A DNA stretch of 64,000 bases, taken from NCBI GenBank assembly GCA_047495785.1, contig JBLDXI010000025.1, forward strand, positions 62,001 to 126,000, given 5' to 3'. The notes under the pieces were generated by a model. That model did no database searches. It worked only from the letters and a program-made list of their open reading frames with translations, and was not told where the DNA came from. Source of the stretch: Lepidodermella squamata. Lineage: Eukaryota > Animalia > Gastrotricha. How positions within the stretch are numbered: the first letter of the stretch is position 1; every line of letters starts with the position of its first letter. Shown piece by piece: positions 56,633 through 64,000 of this stretch. Position numbers and translations under genes: made by a program.

Positions 56633-59600
56633 TCAATTGGAGGCTTCAGGCTCGGTGGGCAGGCGGCCTTGCGGGGTCGCGGAGCGTTCGGAGGAGGACA
56701 GGCCGGACAGGACGCGGGTGCCGCACACGCTGGTGAGGAACGTCGCCTGCCTGAACGACGAGATCATGCGCGGCAGATCGGCGAGGTCGGGCAGCGCCAA
56801 CAGGTGCGCCACGATGTCCGTCCACTCGACGCGGTGGTGCTGCTGCTGATGCTGCTGCTGGCTATCAGGCAGCTGCTGCCCGGCGACTTTGGCAGCCGCC
56901 ATCAAAAAGCTGACCTGTTGCTGCTGATGGTTGAGGTTGTGTTGGTTGTCGGCAGCAGCGTGTGGCGGCAGCAGCTGGTGCTGGGCGGTGGCGGCGGCAG
57001 CGGCGAGTTCCGGCTTGGGCGGCACGGTCGACTCCTGCAGGATGCTGCCGAGGATGGTGGGCGAGTGCTCGGTGGCCGGGTTGGACGTCAGCGGCGCCTC
57101 GTTCGCCGCCATCGCCATGCTGTCGTTGATGAACTCGGCGATCTCGGACAGCGCCTCGGCGACCTCGAGCGCCGTCAGCTCGGCGAACACGCAGTCGGTG
57201 CTCTCGCTGCTCGACGCCGTCAGAAACACGTTGCCGGCCAGCGCTTTCACCGCCGGCGTCGCACCTGCCCGAAACATCGCACAAGTTATTACATATAAAC
57301 ATTCACCATGAAACAAATCAGTTTCCCACCACAATTTCTGGAAAATTCAGCATGAAATTGAAACTGATTCAAATATGTATTCCGCTCAAAATTGACTTCT
57401 TTTCAGAATTTACAGCGTTTCGCTTAAGTTTGGATACCTACTAAGGGTGTTTGGATAGCTTTCAGGGCTGAGTTGATCGAAAATTGTTACAATATTATGT
57501 TGATTTCCTCAATTTTTCATATTAATACTGTTCGAATTTGAACCCACGCTCGGCGTATGATTCATCAATAACTTGCATCCAACAATTTTTAAATTTTCAC
57601 TGAAATCGACTAACCAGTGACGCCTGCGGCAACGACGACGGCTACCAGCTGCCGGCCGGACACGGTTGCGTCGTTGGGCGCCATTCGCAAGTCGGCGATC
57701 GTGTCGTAGAAGCGCGCCAGGATCGGAATGGCGCGGACGGCGGCGCGGGAGCTGTGCGCGCTCGCGAACAGCCGCCCGTGCACGACGCAGCAGTTCGGCA
57801 GCACGTACTCGGTGAGGAAGCGCTCGAGGCACGCCGAAGCGCCGGCAATTTGCGCATCCTGAGTACAAATAAACAATATCAGGTATGGATTAGAGTAGTA
57901 TTAACACAAAGAAATTGATTAAGACAAAATTTGCTAATTCGTTGTCATAAATCTTCGTATTTATGAACCGAGGCAATTTATAGCTAGATAAAAAACGAGT
58001 TAGTTCCGTAACGTCAATTGTCCAACTTTATACAAACTTGTCCTAAATCGCCAAAAATAAGGTAAAAGAAATCACAAAAATGTGCTGTAAATTAGGAATC
58101 ACCTTACACGCCTTTGCCCCATGTAATATCAGGCTGATTCTGAGTCCTCGTAAAACACAATGGTTTTGCCCCAAACTACCCTACTCTACGGTAATGGATA
58201 ATCTGACTCGAAACAAGTCTTTAAACATATCGGTGGCTAGGTGGTAACCCTTAAATTCAACGCCTATCGTTTTTTGTTTACCTGAGTCAGGTATCCAGCG
58301 AAGCCGTAGCCGTCGTTGAGCAGGGCGGTTGCGAGCAGCCACAGCAGGAAGTCGCCGAACAGCACCGGCCGGTTGACGTCGTGCAAGTCCGCCTCGGCGT
58401 CACCGTAGTGGAACACGGCGGCGAGGCGGCGGTCGAGGTCGGCGACGCTGCGGATGCGGATCTTGCTGAACGGCACGCGCGAGTCCTTGATCAGCCGCCA
58501 CCACAGGAAGCGCGTCAGCGAGCGCGCCGTCGCCGCCGACTGCCCGCTCGCACTGTGGTGGTGCGCGCTGCCCGCCAGCGTCGGCTCCGCCAGGTCGCAG
58601 TAGAAGGCGAAGACGCGGCGCAGCTCCGACGCGTAGCGCAGCATCACGGCGACGCAGTTGCTGACGGCCGACTGGCCCGGCTCGGCGTGGTTCTCGAGCG
58701 GGCCGAACGCCGTGCCGTCGCTGCGCTCGACGTGGAAGCACTCGCTCGCCAGCACGGCCGGGATGCAGCTCGACAGCAGCGCGCTCAGCGTCTCGTCGTT
58801 GTCCACCTGTCGCAAATTTGCACAAATTAACGTTACTTCCAAGTTCGTTCCAGTTCAAAGGGACTTGCCTTTCGCGAGAGCTGGCGCTCGAAGAGGCGCG
58901 GATCGGGCGTGCGGGCAATGTCGATGTAGCCGGGGCCGTCGACGAGCCGGTCTTCGACGAACGTGCCGTCGTAGACCTGGCCGTTCTTGAAAGTCACCTG
59001 CCCGGCGCCATGCTTCGCATTATCCACAAAATCACCCGCGTACGAAGCACCGCCGGCGTAGTGGAACGTGCCCTTTCCGTGCCGCAGCCCCGATGACCAG
59101 TCACCTGCAAATCGAAAATCATAGACATCAATAATATAGTCAGCTTCTGTTGAGCTTTCCCTAAAATCATCCCAATTTGTAGTGTTACCAAGGATCACTC
59201 ACCGACATAGGCGTTTTGAAGTTGATACTGAGCCGGAGTGGCTCGTTCTGATGCCCAGACGTGTTTCCCGACTCCCTGCTGCACGCCCCGGTCCCAGAAA
59301 CCTGAATACAGCTGCCGCTCCTGGGGCCAAGCCGCAGTGCCAGCACCATGGCGGCACCCGTTCGACCAGTAGCCGGAATATGTTGCTTCATCGCCGTACG
59401 TGTACGTTCCAAATCCGTGCCGCCGTTCTTTCGCCCATTCGCCGCTGTAGTGCTCCTGTCCCAGGGCGTCAAACGTCATTGTACCGGTGCCTTCTTTCTT
59501 GCCCTGCATCCACTGACCGTTGTAGAACTGGCCGTTGGGCATTCGCATAATACCATGACCGTCACACTGACCATCTTTCACATCTCCCTCGTAAGAACTG

Positions 59601-59961
59601 CCATCAGGCCAGTTATAAGTCCCGAAACCGTCCAACGAATTCTTCTGAAAAGTTCCCTGCAAAAAGCAAAAAGTTAAGACGGTCATTAATGTACCGGCGA
59701 ACTGAGTCTTACATGATATGACAGTCCTTTCGACCACTGGTACTTGCCAACGCCATCCATTGTGCCGCCACTGAATGCTCCCTCGTAATAATTGCCGTTT
59801 TTGAACCAGATTCTCACGTTGTTACTCGATTCGTCGCACTCAAATTTGTCGATAAAAATTCCAAATAGTGCCATTTCGGGGCAGTCTTTTTCCAAGAAAT
59901 TCGTCAGACTAGCCAACGCCTGTTGCTGCTGGCTGTTTGCGTCAATCGAAACTTCAGTCAT
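56633..59961 (-). CDS. RSPH10B: Radial spoke head 10 homolog B-like MORN-repeat protein, multi-exon
   Basis: Tandem MORN repeats (YEG.W..G.RHG.G), YQLQNAYVG, LRYASELRRVFAFY, LTRFLWWRLIKD; exons in ORFs 59686-59961, 59195-59737, 58833-59198, 58264-58842, 57610-57876, 56633-57334; internal boundaries approximate. Confidence 0.78.
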
Positions 59962-60407
59962 GATTTTCGCAATAACTCTAATAAAACAACAACAACAACA
60001 ATGTGATTAACAACCAAGCGTTATTTTCATACGATTCAGCAATTTCACATTTTGCACTGTAGTTTGGAATTCGTTACAACCATACCTTAAACAGAACAGT
60101 AAAATCAAGCTGTCTTGCTATCAATGTTACAACATTTCTTTAAGCGATAACATGGATCAGCAGGCCATAACACAACGACAGTTAATGCAATTGTTAACGA
60201 AGCTTCCATTCAAAATGAGTCGTGATAAGTGGCACAAAAAAAGTCGGACAACGTAAAATAATGAAAACTCAAATTGAGATCCTTTAAGTTAAGCCTAAAT
60301 TTAATACTTGAAATCGTGATGAGAGATCATTTAATAATTATTGAAGGAGCTTATAAGACTTTTAACGACGGGATGTTGAGGAGAAAACGGTATTGTATTG
60401 TTCGCAC

Positions 60408-60956
60408 TCAGGGCTTCTTAGTGCGCACATTTTTGATTGCCCAGTCCAAGCCATCCCGCACTCCTTCACCAGTTATGGCAGAACAGCTCTGAATTTGCCA
60501 CTGTCTATCCCGAATTGTATGCAGTTGCAGACCTTCCGCGATTTCAGCCGCTGATGCGGCGTTCATCAAGTCTTGTTTATTGGCGAAAATGAGCACCGGA
60601 ACACCGCTAAGCTTCTCCTCCTCAAGAAGCTCATTGAGTTCAACACCAGTTTCGTCGAAACGCTTCCTGTCAGACGAATCAATCACGTATATGAGAAAGT
60701 CAGTGTTGTCGAAATAATTTCGCCAGTAAGGGCGAATTTTTCGCTGACCACCGATATCCCAAACGTTAAGCTTGAAATTTCCAGATTGAACACTCTTGAT
60801 ATTGAAGCCCTGGGTTGGCGTGATGTGCGCAATATCTTCAGAGGCAAGCTGCTTCAACAATGTGGTCTTTCCGGCATTGTCAAGACCAAGAAGCAACAAC
60901 CTAATTTCTTTCTCGCCACCACCTCGAAGCTTGCGCAGTAGAGACAGCAAACCCAT
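60408..60956 (-). CDS. ARL3: ADP-ribosylation factor-like GTPase 3, no coding introns
   Basis: [51 protein letters not shown]. Confidence 0.97.
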   Translation of the reverse strand: MGLLSLLRKLRGGGEKEIRLLLLGLDNAGKTTLLKQLASEDIAHITPTQGFNIKSVQSGNFKLNVWDIGGQRKIRPYWRNYFDNTDFLIYVIDSSDRKRFDETGVELNELLEEEKLSGVPVLIFANKQDLMNAASAAEIAEGLQLHTIRDRQWQIQSCSAITGEGVRDGLDWAIKNVRTKKP

Positions 60957-62479
60957 TCTGAATGAATTAAAGTCTAAAAATTAAGTGAACATTATGTTAA
61001 AGTTTGATCTGCCGTCTTTAAAAGAATAACTTATGACCTATGAAACCCTCAGACACAAGTGAAGCAGGCCAAAGATCTCAACCAAAACGGCTCAAACGCA
61101 ACCCTTAGAGGACTGAGCCAAAGCGTCAAAAAAAGCGTCCCGGTTGTTATGCAGCTGTAATTAACAAATTAGTTTGAAAATAGCATATAATTAAAAAATT
61201 CGGCAAAATATGTTTTTTACTTCAAGGCAGATTGACTTAATGCCGGGAATTTCAGGTTATTTTCAGCTCGCTGTTTCTCGCTAACTTCATCGGGGTATTA
61301 TCGATGATCGCTGCTTACCAAAACGGTTGACAACCGATTAATTTTGTCATGCAGTGATCAAGCAATCTCTTGCCTCTTACACTTAACATGTAATAGTTTA
61401 CTTGCAGATCAGTTGGCCCACCAATGGCCCCATATCTCATATCTCCGCCCCTGATTTCGGTTTGGGTGATCATACTTAGCGGGTGGGGAAGGGGGCTGAG
61501 AGTTTCATCCTCCATCATTGGAGGTGGCAGGTGGCTCGGGTTTATGATTGTCCTAAGGCATGCTGAATATCCCGGCTATGCATGGATCTTGTGGCATTGA
61601 GGAGTTGTGCCTTGAATTGCAGAACCATCGCCTTCATTTACATAGGTATGCGCGCACAGATGGTCCTAGCGGCGACCCTAGGTCATTCATATGTTTATTG
61701 AAATTGTCTATATCGACAGTGGCTGGGAAGCATCCTGTCGGAATCTCGTTCAACTTCTGAATGTTTGGCTGAAAAGCTCCATCGGTTGCGCATATTTGAC
61801 CGATGCGTGGACGGCTTTGTCGGGATTATAGCTAGTCTTGGTATTTCGATTTTGTGGCTCTAGTTACACCACGCTTGTTGAACATGCGCCTGAGTTTTGA
61901 AAAGACGTGTTTGGCCCCTCGACCTGCAACGACCAGATTTTATAGGCATGTAATGACTGCTACGAATCTTCGTTTTCCCAGTGGCACAAGTTTCGCCTCA
62001 TCTCGTCTAAGAGCAGAACCGTTGATGCACCGCAACCAATTTCTCGAAGACACTTTCTGAAGTCGCAAATGTGAACGGGACCATTCCGAATCCGATAATC
62101 GGTAGCAGATGCCTATGTTTTGTTTTTTCGAGTTACTGTAGCTATAGATAAGCCCGTAGTAGCATAAGTTGGTAGCGGATGTGCAGGCTAAACTCAATTT
62201 CTTAGCTAAACTAGAATTTATCAATTCGAAGTGCATTTACAAATCCGCTTGTGCAATTCTTTTAACTGACAGGCTGAGTATACTCGCAGATAGTTCATTT
62301 TCGAAATTTTAGGGCAGATCGACTTGGAAAATTATCGAAGACAGGTCCATATTTTGAGAATTGATTGCAAGCCGATGTCTGACATTAAATCATTGCGTGA
62401 TAATTGCGTTAAAAATATTTCCGTTTAGATAGTTTATTTTTGATTCTTGGCTCGGTTTAATTGCATCTGAAAAGCTGAT

Positions 62480-62829
62480 ATGGTATGAAATGAAGGAAAA
62501 TTATTGAAAATGTTTGATTAATGGCTAAATTTCAGTTGTTCTACTCGTTCTTCAAATCGCTGGTCGGCAAGGAGGTGATAGTGGAGCTGAAAAACGAACT
62601 GGCGATCGCCGGGACGCTGCACTCGGTGGACCAGTTTCTGAACATAAAGATCACGGACGTGAGCGTGCTAGACGCGGACAAGTACCCGCACATGCTGGCG
62701 GTGCGGAACTGCTTCATCCGCGGCTCCGTCATCCGCTACATCCAGCTGCCGGCCGAGGAGGTGGACACGCAGCTGCTGCAGGACGCCACGCGCAAGGAGT
62801 CACAGCAGTCGGCCGCCAAGCAGGCGTGA
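62480..62829 (+). CDS. LSM2: U6 snRNA-associated Sm-like protein LSm2 (ATG-only first coding exon 62480-62482; exon 2 62536-62829)
   Basis: LFYSFFKSLVGK..VELKN...GTLHSVDQFLNIK...KYPHML.V.NCFIRGSV; ATG|GTATGA...TTTCAG 53-nt intron inferred. Confidence 0.95.
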
Positions 62830-64000
62830 TTGCCAGTCTTGCTCGCTTGCTCTCCGTGACGCCGCTGAACTGCTCATCTCGTTTGTGATGCTTTATGCCT
62901 TTCGTTTCGTTGCGCTAAGAAACGAATGACTCGATTTTATAAGCAAATTGAATAATAAAACCGTTGAAAATGGATATGATCTATGTTTCCGAAGCTACTG
63001 CTGCTAGATTTCAAGATGATACCAGCGATTAACAATGTTATACGCCGAAAATGGTCTGATTTTAGTTGAAAAAGACTTGAATTCGCAGCTATTGATCACC
63101 CAAAATTTTTCTATATTTGAGATGTGATACGCAAACTATTAAACCAATCGATTAACTAGTCTACAGCTGAGTTGTCTTAATAGGCAACAGTAGCTCAAAT
63201 CGAACAGGCTAAGTCGAGTTCAGATACACGAATGCTTGCTTGGGCGTGTGTATTTTTCCAAAAACTTCGAATTTCACTCTTTCAAAATATGTCGAACTAG
63301 TTGAAGCGATACGGCTCCTGAAATCCACTACAGCGAGCATGAATTCCAGATTTAAAATCGGTAAAACTTAAAATGACCGAAAAATGACCAAAATTCGTCA
63401 AGTTGAATTCCGCGCCCTGAACACATTTGATTGATGCCGCTATTGCTTGAATATGAGATTTTGAGAGCTGCTATTCGTAAATTTGTAGAATAGATTTCCG
63501 TGCGACTTCATGCACTATTTAACGCTTTCGGTAACAAGTCATTTCAGAGCCCTCGTAGAACACTCATAAGAACACTCAGCTGAGACACGCCATATGAAAT
63601 GGGTGTAGTCACCCATTCTGCGTGACGCAGCAGAAGTTCTTATACACATACTCGTATCATTATGACATCAATTTTTGCGAATTTTAAATCGCAATTGCCC
63701 ACAGATCACTAAATCTTAGAGCAAAAGGTTTTGCTGGCAAGAAACCGCATGAGCTCGAATGTCGTACCACTTACATAGTGCGATGATACATAGGTTACAT
63801 AGTGAACACGACGTACTTTGTTAAGATGGAAACGTTGCGAACGAAGCGAGCTGACGCGTAGAGAACAGATAGAGAACACTTATATGCCCCGCCGTAAGTG
63901 CGAGCGCAGCAAGCATAACGTGGGCAAGGTTTTCGATCGAGCGAAGCGAGAAAGCCGTAGAATGTTTCAACGTGTGCGACGAGCGTAGCGAGAAAAACTT

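Noticed and set aside
46404-58990. Long antisense and alternative-frame ORFs over DCDC1, SAMD15 and RSPH10B
   Set aside because: Shadow ORFs expected from very GC-rich codon usage; Arg/Ala/Gly-rich with no motifs
61140-61290. RFX X-box-like words upstream of ARL3 (e.g. GTTTCTCGCTAAC)
   Set aside because: Only a loose match; cannot be supported without a matrix scan
61315-62236. Fragmented ORFs between ARL3 and LSM2
   Set aside because: Multiple stops and no recognisable domain; possibly a decayed element but not assignable
62480-62829. Functional linkage of LSM2 with the U5 array
   Set aside because: 17 kb apart with unrelated genes between; coincidence cannot be excluded
63835-64000. GCGAGCGAAGCGAG-like motifs suggesting a transposon end
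   Set aside because: Cut by the window edge; no TIR, TSD or ORF to support a call

Overview
Metazoan genomic DNA in two parts. (1) 1-45707 is a near-identical tandem array with a 2374-bp unit (13 units, some partial). Each unit carries 10 tRNA genes (Cys-GCA, Val-AAC, His-GTG, Ile-AAT, Ala-AGC, Gly-GCC, Glu-CTC, Asp-GTC, Leu-AAG, Asn-GTT) plus a U5 snRNA gene: 120 tRNA copies, 12 full and 1 truncated U5. The array is interrupted by (a) a defective P-element (28-bp TIRs, 8-bp TSD) nested in a remnant with one TA-flanked Tc1/mariner-like end, accompanied by a 725-bp array deletion, and (b) two full-length copies of an RTE-like LINE at exactly the same site just downstream of tRNA-Gly (11-bp TSD). 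ORF1 and ORF2 of this LINE are in frame and separated only by one TGA. Copy 2 carries a nested 5'-truncated LINE of another family. (2) 46397-60956 holds five tightly packed minus-strand genes, mostly cilia/microtubule-associated (ARL3, RSPH10B, IFT25/HSPB11, SAMD15, DCDC1). Each has an acceptor-like T-rich AG just before its ATG, suggesting a trans-spliced operon. LSM2 follows on the plus strand. All gene and family calls are from motif recognition by eye; no searches were run.
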